NCBI GenBank assembly: GCA_047621345.1 | Contig: JBLHLW010000016.1 | Location: 4,592 to 68,591, forward strand | Reading direction: 5' to 3' | DNA from: Minisyncoccia bacterium | GTDB lineage: Bacteria > Pseudomonadota > Gammaproteobacteria > Burkholderiales > Burkholderiaceae_D | Length of the DNA: 64,000 nucleotides | Shown here: in pieces, positions 28,682-39,089 of the stretch | Numbering within the stretch: position 1 is the stretch's first letter | Layout of the letters: every line of letters starts with the position of its first letter | Position numbers and translations under genes: made by a program | The notes under the pieces: model-generated | What the model was told of the DNA's origin: nothing | Seen by the model: the letters and a program-made list of their open reading frames with translations, nothing else | Database searches by the model: none

Positions 28682-29086
28682 ATGAACTCTCCTTTCAATG
28701 CCCCCCAATCGGTCAGTGTTTTCTTCGATGGCTCTTGCCCGATGTGCCAACGCGAAGTACGCATGTACCGAAAAATTCCGTCGACTGTTCCGATACAGTG
28801 GGTCGATGTCTCCTCCAATCTGCAAGACAACACCACCGGTCGCAGTTGTACCGAGTTGATGGCGCGGTTTCATGTCCGCACGGCGGACGGCGCCGTACTA
28901 AGTGGCGCGCGCGCCTTCGTCGCGCTGTGGTTGCTGTTTCCGAGTTGGCGCTGGCTGGGTCGGATCGGCTCGCTGCCATTGATGCCTGCCATTCTCGAAG
29001 TGGCCTACCGTGGCTTTCTGCTCATCCGCCCGGGAATTCAGTGGATATTCCGAAAAATCTATCCTGATCCGATGCCAGGAAAGTAA
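28682..29086 (+). CDS. DUF393 / DCC1-like thiol-disulfide oxidoreductase
   Basis: FFDGSCPMCQRE (DxxCxxC), RFHVRTADG, GARAFVALW. Confidence 0.88.
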   Translation: MNSPFNAPQSVSVFFDGSCPMCQREVRMYRKIPSTVPIQWVDVSSNLQDNTTGRSCTELMARFHVRTADGAVLSGARAFVALWLLFPSWRWLGRIGSLPLMPAILEVAYRGFLLIRPGIQWIFRKIYPDPMPGK

Positions 29087-29142
29087 GGGTCGCGCCAACT
29101 CCGATGCGCCGCATGGTGCGGCGACTATGTGCCTGTCAGCGC

Positions 29143-29183
29143 AAAAAAAAGCCGCGCTCTCATGATGAGGAACGCGGCTTTTT
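29143..29183. terminator. Bidirectional terminator between convergent DUF393 and tRNA
   Basis: A-run, AAAAGCCGCG/CGCGGCTTTT stem, T-run. Confidence 0.85.
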
Positions 29184-29213
29184 AACATTACGGCACTTCT
29201 TGAAACGTGTTCT

Positions 29214-29290
29214 TGGTGGTGATAGGTGGATTTGAACCACCGACCCCAGCATTATGAGTGCTGTGCTCTAACCAACTGAGCTATATCACC
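29214..29290 (-). tRNA. tRNA-Met (CAT), elongator type
   Basis: Reverse complement reads GGTGATATAGCTCAGTTGGTTAGAGCACAGCACTCATAATGCTGGGGTCGGTGGTTCAAATCCACCTATCACCACCA: 77 nt, CAT anticodon, encoded CCA. Confidence 0.96.
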
Positions 29291-29327
29291 AAACAGCCCG
29301 AGAGTATCGTGTTTCCGGCTTTTGCTG

Positions 29328-30293
29328 TCAAGGCGAAATTTGCTGTTGACGGGCAATTTCTATTTGGGCAAGTACCAGCGCATTCGCAGCCGGGTCGAGG
29401 CAGTCGATTACGTGCCGCTCCGGCATCGCGCGCAGCCACGTCAGTTGGCGCTTGGCGAGCTGGCGCGTGGCGGCGAGACCTTTTTCGCGCAGTGTGGCCA
29501 GGTCAATGTGGCCGTCGAGGTATTCCCAGGCCTGACGATAGCCAACGCAGCGCATCGATGGCAGTCCCGGATGCAGGTCGCCGCGTCGGCGCAGACCAAT
29601 GACTTCATCGATCAGGTTGGGGTCGCCCGGTGCCAGCATCGCATCGAAGCGGTTGGCGATGCGCCGGTGCAGCGCGCTGCGGTCCGATGGTTCCAGCCCG
29701 ATTGGCAGTAGCGTGAATGGCAGTTGCACCGGCGCAGCTTGAGCCAGCTGGCTGCTCATTGGCTGGCCGGTCAGTTGGTGGATTTCGAGGGCGCGCTGGA
29801 TGCGTTGTGCATCGTTGGGCTTGAGTCTGGCAGCGGTGACCGGATCGATCCGTGCCAGCCGGGCATGCATGCCGGGTGAGCCGATCAGGGCGGCCTCGGC
29901 ATCGAGTGCGGCGCGTACTTCCGGGTCGGCTTCGGGGAGCGTGTCAAGGCCATCGCGCAATGCCTTGAAGTACAGCATGGTGCCGCCCACCAGCAACGGT
30001 AGATTGCCGCGTGCGAGGATCTCGCTGACCAGTTGCAGCGTCGCGGTCCTGAATTGCATCGCTGAATACGACTCCGCCGGATCGAGGATGTCGATCAGGT
30101 GATGTGGTGCTGCAGCACGTTCGGCGGCCGTCGGCTTGGCTGTACCGATGTCCATGCCGCAATACACCAGCGCGGAATCGACCGAAATGATTTCGGACGG
30201 AATCACGCGGGCGATGGCCAGCGCGGCGGCAGTTTTTCCGGAGGCGGTCGGCCCCATCAGGGCGATGGCCAGCGGCAGAGGTGGCATCGTCAT
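29328..30293 (-). CDS. miaA: tRNA dimethylallyltransferase
   Basis: [34 protein letters not shown]. Start at the ATGA overlap with mutL. Confidence 0.97.
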   Translation of the reverse strand: MTMPPLPLAIALMGPTASGKTAAALAIARVIPSEIISVDSALVYCGMDIGTAKPTAAERAAAPHHLIDILDPAESYSAMQFRTATLQLVSEILARGNLPLLVGGTMLYFKALRDGLDTLPEADPEVRAALDAEAALIGSPGMHARLARIDPVTAARLKPNDAQRIQRALEIHQLTGQPMSSQLAQAAPVQLPFTLLPIGLEPSDRSALHRRIANRFDAMLAPGDPNLIDEVIGLRRRGDLHPGLPSMRCVGYRQAWEYLDGHIDLATLREKGLAATRQLAKRQLTWLRAMPERHVIDCLDPAANALVLAQIEIARQQQISP

Positions 30294-32140
30294 TGGCCTC
30301 GCTGGAACAGCCGGTCGAGGTCGGACAAGGCCATCTGTACCCACGTTGGTCGGCCATGATTGCATTGGTCAGCGCGTTCGGTGGCTTCCATCTGGCGTAG
30401 CAGCGCGTTCATTTCGGGTAGGGTCAGGATGCGATTGGCACGCACGGCGGTGTGGCAGGCCAGTGTGCCGAGCAACTCGTTGCGCCGCTCCAGCAGCACG
30501 CGCGAGCCGCCGAATTCGCGTACATCGCGCAAGACATCGCGTGCCAGCGATTGCGCATCGGCGTTCTTCAGCAAGGCCGGAATAGCGCGCACCGCCAGCG
30601 TAGTGGGCGACAGCGCAGCAATGTCAAAACCGAGTGCCGCCAGCGTGGCCTGATTTTCTGCGGTGGTCCCGACCTCAACCGCATCGGCATGGAAGGTCAC
30701 CGGGATCAGTAGCGGTTGCACGACGACGGCATCGGTATCGAGCGCGGTCTTGAATTGCTCGTACAAAATGCGTTCGTGCGCGGCATGCATGTCCACCAGC
30801 ACCAGTCCGGTCAGGTTTTGCGCGAGGATGTAAATGCCTTGCAACTGGGCCAGCGCAAAGCCGAGCGGGAATTCAGCACTGCCCGATGACGTGCCCGGCG
30901 ACGTCGCCACCGGCGTGGGCTGCCAGCCCGCTACCGCGATCTGTTCGAACGGTTCATTGCTATCGCCAAACAGGGCGCCATAACGGGCGCTGCTTTGTGC
31001 CACACCCGGCTCGGGTTGCTGGCTGAAGCTGCCTTGTTGGGTGTAAGGCTGCGCGTAAGCCGGGGACGGTTGTTGCGGCGGTTTCTGCCATGGCAAGGCA
31101 CCAGCCGGTTGTGGTGCCGGCACCGAGCCGTCGGCAGTAGCCGAGGTCTGCGACAGCGCTCGCGTGACTGCATGGAAGACAAACTGATGGACGGCGCGGC
31201 TATCGCGAAAGCGGACTTCGATTTTCGACGGATGGACATTGACGTCGACGAGCGCCGGGTCGAGGTCGAGCGCCAGCACATATGACGGATAGCGGTCGCC
31301 GTGCAGCACATCCTGATAGGCCGAACGCACGGCATGCGTGAGCAGTTTGTCGCGCACAAAGCGACCGTTGACGTAAAAATATTGCGCATCGGCGCGCCCG
31401 CGCGACGCGGTCGGCAAGCCGGCGTAGCCATGCAGACGTAGCGGTCCGGCGGCTTCATCGAGCGGCAAGCGGGCCGCGCTGAAATCGCTGCCGAGAATGT
31501 GCGCGCTGCGCCGGTCCATGTCGGTCAGCGTCCAGTGATCGACGGTTTTGCCGTTATGCGTGAGCGAGAAGGCGACGTCCGGGCGCGACAGCGCGATGCG
31601 CCGTACGATTTCGGCACAGTGGCCGTATTCGGTCTGGTCGGATTTGAGAAATTTGCGTCGCGCTGGCGTGTTGTAGTACAGGTCCTGCACGTCGATGGTG
31701 GTACCGGTCGCGCCGGACGAGGGCACCGGTGCGGGTTGGTTGCCACTCATTTCCCACGCGTGCGCGGCAGTGGCGGTACGGGTGGTCAGGGTCAGCTGCG
31801 CAATCGAGGCGATCGACGCCAGTGCCTCGCCGCGAAAGCCCAGCGTGGCGACGTTTTCAAGGTCGGACAATGACGTGATCTTCGAGGTTGCATGGCGCGC
31901 GAGTGCCAGCGGAATTTCATCGGCCGGAATGCCGCGGCCGTTGTCGGTGATGGCGATGCGCTTGATGCCGCCCTGTTCAAGCCGGATGGTGATCTGGGTA
32001 GCGCCAGCGTCGAGCGCATTTTCGAGCAATTCCTTGACGACAGCGGACGGACGTTCAACCACCTCGCCAGCGGCAATCTGGGAGATCAGTTGGTCGGGCA
32101 GGGCGGCAATCGAACGGGGGGCGGTCAGAGAAGAAGTCAT
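30290..32140 (-). CDS. mutL: DNA mismatch repair endonuclease MutL
   Basis: [47 protein letters not shown]. Confidence 0.98.
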   Translation of the reverse strand: MTSSLTAPRSIAALPDQLISQIAAGEVVERPSAVVKELLENALDAGATQITIRLEQGGIKRIAITDNGRGIPADEIPLALARHATSKITSLSDLENVATLGFRGEALASIASIAQLTLTTRTATAAHAWEMSGNQPAPVPSSGATGTTIDVQDLYYNTPARRKFLKSDQTEYGHCAEIVRRIALSRPDVAFSLTHNGKTVDHWTLTDMDRRSAHILGSDFSAARLPLDEAAGPLRLHGYAGLPTASRGRADAQYFYVNGRFVRDKLLTHAVRSAYQDVLHGDRYPSYVLALDLDPALVDVNVHPSKIEVRFRDSRAVHQFVFHAVTRALSQTSATADGSVPAPQPAGALPWQKPPQQPSPAYAQPYTQQGSFSQQPEPGVAQSSARYGALFGDSNEPFEQIAVAGWQPTPVATSPGTSSGSAEFPLGFALAQLQGIYILAQNLTGLVLVDMHAAHERILYEQFKTALDTDAVVVQPLLIPVTFHADAVEVGTTAENQATLAALGFDIAALSPTTLAVRAIPALLKNADAQSLARDVLRDVREFGGSRVLLERRNELLGTLACHTAVRANRILTLPEMNALLRQMEATERADQCNHGRPTWVQMALSDLDRLFQRGQ

Positions 32141-32254
32141 CGACCGATTATACCGGTGCGCGGCGGCCAAATCGGGTGGGGTGAAATGTCTGTAGTGTAC
32201 TATTCCCGCTCAAGCTGTCTTCGGCTCTCTTGCAAGACCCCACTCAGGAAAACT

Positions 32255-32908
32255 ATGGATTTCATGCAATTGCTCGATATGCTCATGCACATCGACAAAT
32301 ATCTCGGCGCCTTTATTACCGAATATGGCTCGCTGGTGTACGCAGTCCTGTTTGCGATCATCTTTGGCGAAACCGGGCTGATTGTCTTGCCGTTTCTGCC
32401 GGGCGATACCTTGCTCTTCATTGCCGGTGCATTCAGTGCCGAAGGCCAGATGAACCTGCTAGTACTCAATGTCTTGCTGATCACTGCGGCCATTACCGGT
32501 AACACGCTTAATTACTACGTTGGCCGCGCAATCGGACAGAAAGTCTTCACCCACAACTATCGCTGGCTCGATCAGGCTGCGTTGATCCGAACCCATGCTT
32601 TTTATGAAAAACATGGTGGTAAAACGATCGTGTTGTCGCGCTTCGTCCCGATTGTGCGGACCTTCGCGCCCTTCGTTGCCGGCGTTTCCGGCATGCGGTT
32701 TGCCAGCTTCCAGTTTTACAATATTACCGGCGCGATTGCTTGGGTCACGGGCTTGACCGTGGCGGGCTATTTCTTCGGCAACATTCCGATCATCCGCGAC
32801 CACCTCAGTCTGATTGTGCTCATCGGTGTCGGTGCGGCGGTCGTGCCGGTGGTCCTGGGCGGTTTGTGGAAGGTCTACCGGAAAATGACGCGGGTGCGGG
32901 TGAGTTGA
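32255..32908 (+). CDS. dedA: DedA/VTT-domain membrane protein
   Basis: FGETGLIVLPFLPGDTLLF, RFVPIVRTFAPFVAG. AGGAA precedes the ATG at 32255. Confidence 0.93.
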   Translation: MDFMQLLDMLMHIDKYLGAFITEYGSLVYAVLFAIIFGETGLIVLPFLPGDTLLFIAGAFSAEGQMNLLVLNVLLITAAITGNTLNYYVGRAIGQKVFTHNYRWLDQAALIRTHAFYEKHGGKTIVLSRFVPIVRTFAPFVAGVSGMRFASFQFYNITGAIAWVTGLTVAGYFFGNIPIIRDHLSLIVLIGVGAAVVPVVLGGLWKVYRKMTRVRVS

Positions 32909-32946
32909 TCGGTTGTAAGGGCCTTGGCGACGGCCACGTATGGATT

Positions 32947-33138
32947 CGGTGCAATGCCGCCGTACGGCTTTCGGAGGGTGGGTGCAGCCTTACCGTGCCC
33001 ACGCGCGCGTAATAGACATGCCGGTTAATTGCGATTACGCCGCTGCGCGATGGCACTTTCGCGTGGGCACGATAACCCTGTGCCCACCCTACCAAGTACC
33101 AATTTTCGCAGGGTGCCATTACCGCAGGGCATTGCATC
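32947..33138. repeat. Composite REP cluster (BIME/REPIN-like)
   Basis: Inverted family-1 pair (32973-33005 plus, degenerate; 33060-33092 minus), a degenerate family-2 copy (33108-33138) and a family-2 fragment (32947-32958). Confidence 0.78.
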
Positions 33139-33210
33139 GCAAGCGTTCACTCCATCACTGACAGTCGCTGCCTGCTTGGCGCGTCACAAAATAGGGCTGA
33201 CGACCGTGTC

Positions 33211-34899
33211 TCAGAACTCTTCGAAGTCATTTGTCGTGCCGTTCCTGACGGGATTGGCCAGTGCTCTCGGCGCGGGCCGGAGCGCTGGTTTGACCTTGGC
33301 AGTCATTGGTGTCGGTGCCGCTGCGGACCCACCGCTCACCTGAAAAACACTGACTACATCCGAGAGCAGCACGGCTTGCTCCTGCAGGCTCTGCGCCGCA
33401 GCCGCAGCCTGCTCGACCAGCGCGGCGTTCTGCTGGGTGACTTCATCCATCTGTGCTACGGCCTGATTGATTTGCTCGATACCGGCGGTCTGTTCCTGGC
33501 TGGCCGACGTGATTTCACTGATGATATCGCTGACCCGTTTGACGCTGTCGACGATGTCGCCCATGGTCTGGCCAGCGGCATCGACCAGCTTCGTGCCATT
33601 GTCGACTTTCTCGACCGAGTCATCGATGAGCAATTTGATTTCCTTGGCGGCAGCTGCCGAACGTTGCGCCAGATTGCGGACTTCGGAGGCCACCACCGCA
33701 AATCCGCGACCCTGTTCTCCGGCCCGTGCGGCTTCCACGGCTGCGTTCAGCGCCAGGATATTGGTCTGAAAAGCGATGCCGTCGATGACGCTAATAATGT
33801 CGGCGATTTTTTTCGACGAATCATTGATCGAGCTCATCGTGGTGATCACCTGGGAGACCACATTGCCACCCTTGGTGGCAATGTTGGACGCGGAGAGCGC
33901 CAGCACGTTGGCTTGTCGCGCATTGTCGGCATTTTGCTTGACGGTGCTGGTCAATTCTTCCAGCGACGAGGCGGTTTCTTCGAGCGAACTGGCTTGCTGT
34001 TCGGTGCGCGATGACAGGTCGAGATTGCCGCTGGCGATTTCGGCCGAGGCAGTGGACATCGTGTCGGTGCCCTGGCGCACTTGACCGACGATCTCATTGA
34101 GGTTGGTGCGCATCTGGTCCATGGCAAACAGCAGACTGCCATTGTCGCCGTGACGCAAAGCAACCTGGACGGTCAGGTCGCCAGCCGCGATCTGGTTGAC
34201 GATGTCGGCCGCGTAGCCCGGCTCGCCGCCCAGTTGGCGCATCAGCGTTCGGGTAATCGTGACGGCGGTGGCGATGCCGACCAGCAGTGCCAGTGCGACA
34301 AAGGCCAGCATCAGGGTGCGTGCGCTGGCGTACTCCTGCGCGGCAATCAGTGCATAGGTTTCGTTCTGTTTTTTCTCGATATCGATCAGGTTGCCGAAGG
34401 CTTCCAGCCACTTTTTCTGCACCGGGCGCACCTCCTTGAACAAGACCATGCTGGCCTCTTCGTTCTTGTTCTGTAATCCTAATTCGGTCGCTTTGGCAAA
34501 TAATGGCAAGGCGGTAGCCCGCAATGCACTGATGGTCTCCAGCGCTGTTTTCTGCTCTGTGCTGTTATCACCTGTGACGGCAATCAGCGTGGTCAGTTTC
34601 GCCTCTGCGTTGTCATATTTCAGTGCGCCGTTCTTGATTCGGTCTTCTTCCGACTTCATTTCGTCGATGTCCGTCAGCAAAATGATATTGCGCATGGCAA
34701 CCATTCGGTCGTACACCGTCAGGCGCATTTCCAGGATGTAGCTCAGTTCGACGTTGTTGACGCTGACAATTTTGTCAAGCCGCTGCTGGATCTGTCCCAT
34801 GCGGCTTAACCCGATACCGGTGGCGATGGCGAGCAATAACAACAACAGGGAAAAACCGATCGTCAGAAGGGTGCTGACTTTCAATGTGGTCGATTTCAT
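33211..34899 (-). CDS. Methyl-accepting chemotaxis protein (4HB sensor, HAMP)
   Basis: Two TMs; [35 protein letters not shown]-terminal pentapeptide DFEEF. Confidence 0.96.
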   Translation of the reverse strand: MKSTTLKVSTLLTIGFSLLLLLLAIATGIGLSRMGQIQQRLDKIVSVNNVELSYILEMRLTVYDRMVAMRNIILLTDIDEMKSEEDRIKNGALKYDNAEAKLTTLIAVTGDNSTEQKTALETISALRATALPLFAKATELGLQNKNEEASMVLFKEVRPVQKKWLEAFGNLIDIEKKQNETYALIAAQEYASARTLMLAFVALALLVGIATAVTITRTLMRQLGGEPGYAADIVNQIAAGDLTVQVALRHGDNGSLLFAMDQMRTNLNEIVGQVRQGTDTMSTASAEIASGNLDLSSRTEQQASSLEETASSLEELTSTVKQNADNARQANVLALSASNIATKGGNVVSQVITTMSSINDSSKKIADIISVIDGIAFQTNILALNAAVEAARAGEQGRGFAVVASEVRNLAQRSAAAAKEIKLLIDDSVEKVDNGTKLVDAAGQTMGDIVDSVKRVSDIISEITSASQEQTAGIEQINQAVAQMDEVTQQNAALVEQAAAAAQSLQEQAVLLSDVVSVFQVSGGSAAAPTPMTAKVKPALRPAPRALANPVRNGTTNDFEEF

Positions 34900-35113
34900 G
34901 GAAAAACTCCGGAGACGGCGATGGGGGCGGCAAAATGTTGCTTCATAGAATGTTGCACGCGCTAGTTTATTCTTATGCGCTACTCTACTTGATTACTATG
35001 AGCGAGTGACCTAAAGAATAATGTTGACCTGCTGGTGCGTCAAACTTTCTTGCTGGCTATTATTGCTTCAGGTTGTTCCTGATACGCGTCATCGGATTGC
35101 CGCGTGGGACCGA

Positions 35114-36478
35114 TCAGGTCATGCGGTTCTTCGACAGAGGGGGATTTTTGGCGAAGTAGATGCGAATACCCTTGAGTATCGCAATAGCCATCTGATCTTG
35201 ATAGGCCTCATCGTTGAGCTTGGCTTCTTCTTCCGGATTTGAAATAAAGGCGGTCTCGATGAGGATGCTAGGGATATCTGGTGCCTTGAGTACCGCAAAA
35301 CCAGCCTGCTCGACCGAATTTTTGTGCAAGCGGTTGATGCCGCCGATCTCGCCGAGCACGGCTTTGGCGACCTTCATGCTGTCGCTGATCTGTGCCGTGG
35401 TCGACAGGTCCAGCAACACACTGGCCAGTTGCCGATCATGGTTCTTGATATTGACACCGCCGATCAGATCGGCTGCGTTTTCCTTGTTGGCCATCCAGCG
35501 CGCGGCGGTCGAAGTGGCACCTTTTTCGGACAGGGCAAAGACCGACGAGCCGCGCGCAGTCGGTTCGATCCACGCGTCGGCATGGATGGAGACGAACAGG
35601 TCGGCCTGCACCTTGCGGGCTTTTTCGACGCGCATGTTGAGGGGCACAAAGTAGTCGCCATCACGGGTCAACATGACGCGCATGTTCGGCTGTTCCTCGA
35701 TCTTGGCTTTCAGGCGCTTGGCAATGGCCAGTACGATGTCTTTTTCGTAGCTGCCGCCGCGACCGACCGCACCTGGGTCTTCACCGCCATGGCCGGGATC
35801 GAGCGCGATCGTCAGCAAGCGCTTCAGCGGAGGAATTTTTTCTTCGCGCGGTTCGAAGCGGGCCACGTTCGGATCGAGGAATTTCAGGCGCGGATCATTC
35901 CTGCCGCTTGGCTTGGATTCGGGTTTTGCTTCCGCAATCTGCGGCGAAGGGTCGAATTGCTGGTCCTTTGACCACTCGCCTTTTTTGATCAGCTCGGCAA
36001 TCGGATCGAGTGCTTGCGCCGGGTACAGGTCGAACACCAGTCGGTACTGATAGTCACCAACCGGCTTGAGCGTGAACACTTGCGGCGTGATTTCGGCTTT
36101 CAGATCGAACACAAGGCGCACCACGTTCGGCCGGTTCTGACCCACCCGGACCTGTGTGATGTACGGATCATTGGGCTGGATCTTGGCGATCAGGCCCTTC
36201 ATGGTGGAATTGAGTTCCAGTCCCTCGATGTCAATGACCAGCCGTTCCGGATCCTTGATCACGAAGTGGGTGGCTTTCAGGTCGCTATCGTTTTCGAGCG
36301 TGACGCGGGTGTAGTCGTCCGAAGGCCAGACCCGCACGGCAACAATTTGCGCAGCGCGGGCGAGGCCGGGCGCGATCACCGATAACAGCAGCGTGCCACC
36401 GGCTTGGAGGACGGTGCGGCGCAGTCGGCTGGAAATCGGTGCTACAGGTTTGGGGCGAATTTGAGACGATCGAGACAT
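35114..36478 (-). CDS. amiC: N-acetylmuramoyl-L-alanine amidase (AMIN + Amidase_3), Tat-exported
   Basis: RRTVLQ twin-arginine signal, VRVWPSDDYTRVTLE, DPGHGGEDPGA, FVSIHADA, LIETAFISNP. Confidence 0.95.
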   Translation of the reverse strand: MSRSSQIRPKPVAPISSRLRRTVLQAGGTLLLSVIAPGLARAAQIVAVRVWPSDDYTRVTLENDSDLKATHFVIKDPERLVIDIEGLELNSTMKGLIAKIQPNDPYITQVRVGQNRPNVVRLVFDLKAEITPQVFTLKPVGDYQYRLVFDLYPAQALDPIAELIKKGEWSKDQQFDPSPQIAEAKPESKPSGRNDPRLKFLDPNVARFEPREEKIPPLKRLLTIALDPGHGGEDPGAVGRGGSYEKDIVLAIAKRLKAKIEEQPNMRVMLTRDGDYFVPLNMRVEKARKVQADLFVSIHADAWIEPTARGSSVFALSEKGATSTAARWMANKENAADLIGGVNIKNHDRQLASVLLDLSTTAQISDSMKVAKAVLGEIGGINRLHKNSVEQAGFAVLKAPDIPSILIETAFISNPEEEAKLNDEAYQDQMAIAILKGIRIYFAKNPPLSKNRMT

Positions 36479-36927
36479 TGAAAACCCTGGTCAGAATGCG
36501 CGACCAATTCTACCTCACGACCTGCGCCGGCGACGGTCAAAAATACGTCGATATCGGCCGGAGGCAGCACGCCGTCGGCCTTTTCGGGCCATTCGACGAT
36601 ACAGATGTTGCTGTTGTTGAAATATTCCCGGAAGCCGGCGTCGAGAAAGTCATCGGCGCTGATCATCCGGTACAGGTCAAAATGAATGACGTCCACCTGA
36701 CTATCGTGCAGTTGAATGGTGTACGGCTCTGCCAGTGTGTAGGTCGGACTCTTGACATGGCCGGTGTGGCCGGCGGCGTGCAACAGCGCGCGCGTCAGGG
36801 CCGTCTTGCCGGCGCCGAGGTCGCCATGCAGGTAGATTGTCAGGCCCGGTGCGAGGGCACGCGCCAGAGCGGCGCCTAGCGCGAGGGTACCTGCTTCGTC
36901 TTTCAGGTGGGCTGTCATGTGCTGCAT
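36442..36927 (-). CDS. tsaE: t6A biosynthesis ATPase TsaE
   Basis: GDLGAGKT, VKSPTYTL, HFDLYR, VEWPE. Confidence 0.96.
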   Translation of the reverse strand: MQHMTAHLKDEAGTLALGAALARALAPGLTIYLHGDLGAGKTALTRALLHAAGHTGHVKSPTYTLAEPYTIQLHDSQVDVIHFDLYRMISADDFLDAGFREYFNNSNICIVEWPEKADGVLPPADIDVFLTVAGAGREVELVAHSDQGFQCLDRLKFAPNL

Positions 36928-36977
36928 CTCGTAGAATGACCTTTCATTTTTATTGTGACTTGTTCCATGACGTTTCT

Positions 36978-38066
36978 ATGACTCTGCCGGCTACCGATCT
37001 GTTTGCGCTCGCCACCACCATTAAAGCCTGGGGCCAAGAGTTGGGCTTTGCCGAATTGCGCATTGCCGATATCGACCTGCAACATGCCGAGGCCGGATTG
37101 CTGGCGTGGCTGGACGCAGGCTACCACGGTGAGATGGAGTATATGGCAGCCCATGGTACCAAGCGCGCCCGTCCGGCTGAGCTGGTGCCGGGCACCTTGC
37201 GCGTGATTACGGCGCGGATGAATTATTTGCCGGCAGACAGTGGTGGCGATTGGCGTGAGCGCGAAGCCGTACGACTGACCGAGCCGGGCGCGGCGGTGAT
37301 TTCACTGTATGCCCGGGGGCGGGATTATCACAAAATTTTACGGGCGCGACTGCAGCAACTGGCTAGCCGAATCAGCGCTGAAATCGGGTCGTTCGGCTAC
37401 CGGGTATTTACTGATTCGGCGCCAGTGATGGAGGTCGAACTGGCCACGAAGGCCGGGCTGGGTTGGCGCGGCAAGCATACCTTGCTGCTCAATCGCGAAG
37501 CCGGATCGATGTTTTTTCTGGGCGAACTAGTGACTGATTTGCCGCTGCCGATTGATGCGCCGATCAGCGCCCATTGCGGTGGTTGCCATGCTTGTATTGC
37601 GGCCTGTCCGACTGGTGCGATCATCGGTCCGTATCGGCTGGATGCGCGGCGCTGTATCTCCTACCTGACCATCGAACTCAAGGGCAGCATCCCGCTGGCA
37701 TTGCGCCCGTTGATCGGCAACCGTGTGTATGGTTGCGACGATTGCCAGACGGTGTGTCCGTGGAATAAGTACGCACAGCGCGCGGTGTTGCCGGACTTCG
37801 ATGTGCGAAATGGACTGGATCAGGCGGAGTTGGTGAGCTTGTTTGCGTGGAGCGAGGAAGAGTTCAATCGGTATCTGGAAGGCAGTCCGATCCGGCGTAT
37901 TGGGCATGAACGATGGTTGCGCAATATTGCGGTCGGGTTGGGTAATGCGCTGACGGCGGGCGCATCACCGGAGCCGCTGTTGGCGGCGCTTGCGGCGCGG
38001 CGGGGACATGCTTCCGAGCTGGTGCGCGAGCATGTGGAGTGGGCGATGGCTTGTGGGCTGGGGTGA
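36978..38066 (+). CDS. queG: Epoxyqueuosine reductase
   Basis: YARGRDYH, DSAPVME, CGGCHACIAACPT and GCDDCQTVCPWN Fe-S motifs. Start at 36978. Confidence 0.96.
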   Translation: MTLPATDLFALATTIKAWGQELGFAELRIADIDLQHAEAGLLAWLDAGYHGEMEYMAAHGTKRARPAELVPGTLRVITARMNYLPADSGGDWREREAVRLTEPGAAVISLYARGRDYHKILRARLQQLASRISAEIGSFGYRVFTDSAPVMEVELATKAGLGWRGKHTLLLNREAGSMFFLGELVTDLPLPIDAPISAHCGGCHACIAACPTGAIIGPYRLDARRCISYLTIELKGSIPLALRPLIGNRVYGCDDCQTVCPWNKYAQRAVLPDFDVRNGLDQAELVSLFAWSEEEFNRYLEGSPIRRIGHERWLRNIAVGLGNALTAGASPEPLLAALAARRGHASELVREHVEWAMACGLG

Positions 38067-38133
38067 CGATATCGTTGTCTGTGCCTACGCGAATGGACCG
38101 CAATGATTGTCTTGACGGACACTGCGGGACGCT

Positions 38134-38166
38134 CGCGTGGGCACGATGTTGCCGTGCCCACCCTAC
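38134..38166 (-). repeat. REP family 1
   Basis: Reverse complement GTAGGGTGGGCACGGCAACATCGTGCCCACGCG, between convergent queG and the AEC gene. Confidence 0.85.
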
Positions 38167-38182
38167 GGGGGTTGTCCTTGCC

Positions 38183-39073
38183 TCACCCAATCACCCCTAA
38201 CCACAACGGCAACGTCAGCACCGACATCAACGTCCCCGCCGAAATCAAAAACGCCACGAACGGTCCATTGCCGCCCATGCGTGCAGCTAGCACGTAGGCG
38301 CTGGAAGCCGTTGGCAGGGCGCTGAACATCACGACGATTTGCAGTTGTAGCGGCGGCAAGCCGAGACTTCTGCCCAGGAACCAGGCCAGTGCCGGCAGTG
38401 CCAGCAACTTGATGGCGATGAAATAAGCCGCCATGCCTTTGGCCTGATGCAACCCGGACAATCGCAGCCCCGCACCGACCGTGATGAGGCCGATGGCAAT
38501 CGCGGCATTGCCGATACGCGAGAGTGTGGCGCCGATGAAGTCGGGGATTGGCACGCCGGCAAAGTTACACGCCAGGCCCAGCACAGTCGCCAGCAACAGC
38601 GGATTTTTTATCAGTTCGCGCAGCAGGCCACCCTTGCGATGGACCAGCGCATGGACTGCTGCGACATTGCACAGCGGGACAGAAAAGCCAATGATCAGTG
38701 CCATCAGCGCAGTACCCGTATCGCCGCCTAGCCGCGATGCCACAGCCAGCGCAATGTACGAATTGAAGCGAAAGGCGGTTTGTACGCCGGACTCGAACAG
38801 CATCGGTCCGGGCCGGAACAATGGCTTGGCCAGCCATCCAAGGGCAACCCCGGACAGGCAGGTGAGCAACGCAACCTGCAGCATCTTGCCGGTGCTGGCA
38901 AAGTCGAGAGGCGCGCGCGCGGTGGCGTAAAACAGCAGGCTCGGGAAGAGCACGTAGTACACCAGCTTTTCCAGACCAGTCCAGAATGCCGGCTCCCAGC
39001 GGGTGATGCGAAACAGCACGAGGCCCAGCAGGATCAGCGTGAAATCGGGAAGCAGCAGGAAAGCAAGAGACAT
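38183..39073 (-). CDS. AEC (auxin efflux carrier/MdcF-like) family transporter
   Basis: LVYYVLFPSLLF, FRFNSYI, NPLLLATVLG, LPTASSAYVLA. Confidence 0.9.
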   Translation of the reverse strand: MSLAFLLLPDFTLILLGLVLFRITRWEPAFWTGLEKLVYYVLFPSLLFYATARAPLDFASTGKMLQVALLTCLSGVALGWLAKPLFRPGPMLFESGVQTAFRFNSYIALAVASRLGGDTGTALMALIIGFSVPLCNVAAVHALVHRKGGLLRELIKNPLLLATVLGLACNFAGVPIPDFIGATLSRIGNAAIAIGLITVGAGLRLSGLHQAKGMAAYFIAIKLLALPALAWFLGRSLGLPPLQLQIVVMFSALPTASSAYVLAARMGGNGPFVAFLISAGTLMSVLTLPLWLGVIG

Positions 39074-39089
39074 GGATGGTCGATCAGGG

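Noticed and set aside
22980-29290. attL/attR duplication of the tRNA-Met 3' end bounding an island
   Set aside because: No second copy of TGGTGGTGATAGGTGG was seen by eye, and there is no integrase.
29214-29290. tRNA-Ile2 or initiator identity for the CAT tRNA
   Set aside because: The paired G1-C72 excludes the initiator, and the D and anticodon arms resemble the elongator tRNA-Met more than ileX. A covariance-model check would settle it.
31000-31130. Gln/Pro-rich low-complexity stretch in mutL
   Set aside because: It corresponds to the normally variable linker between the MutL domains.
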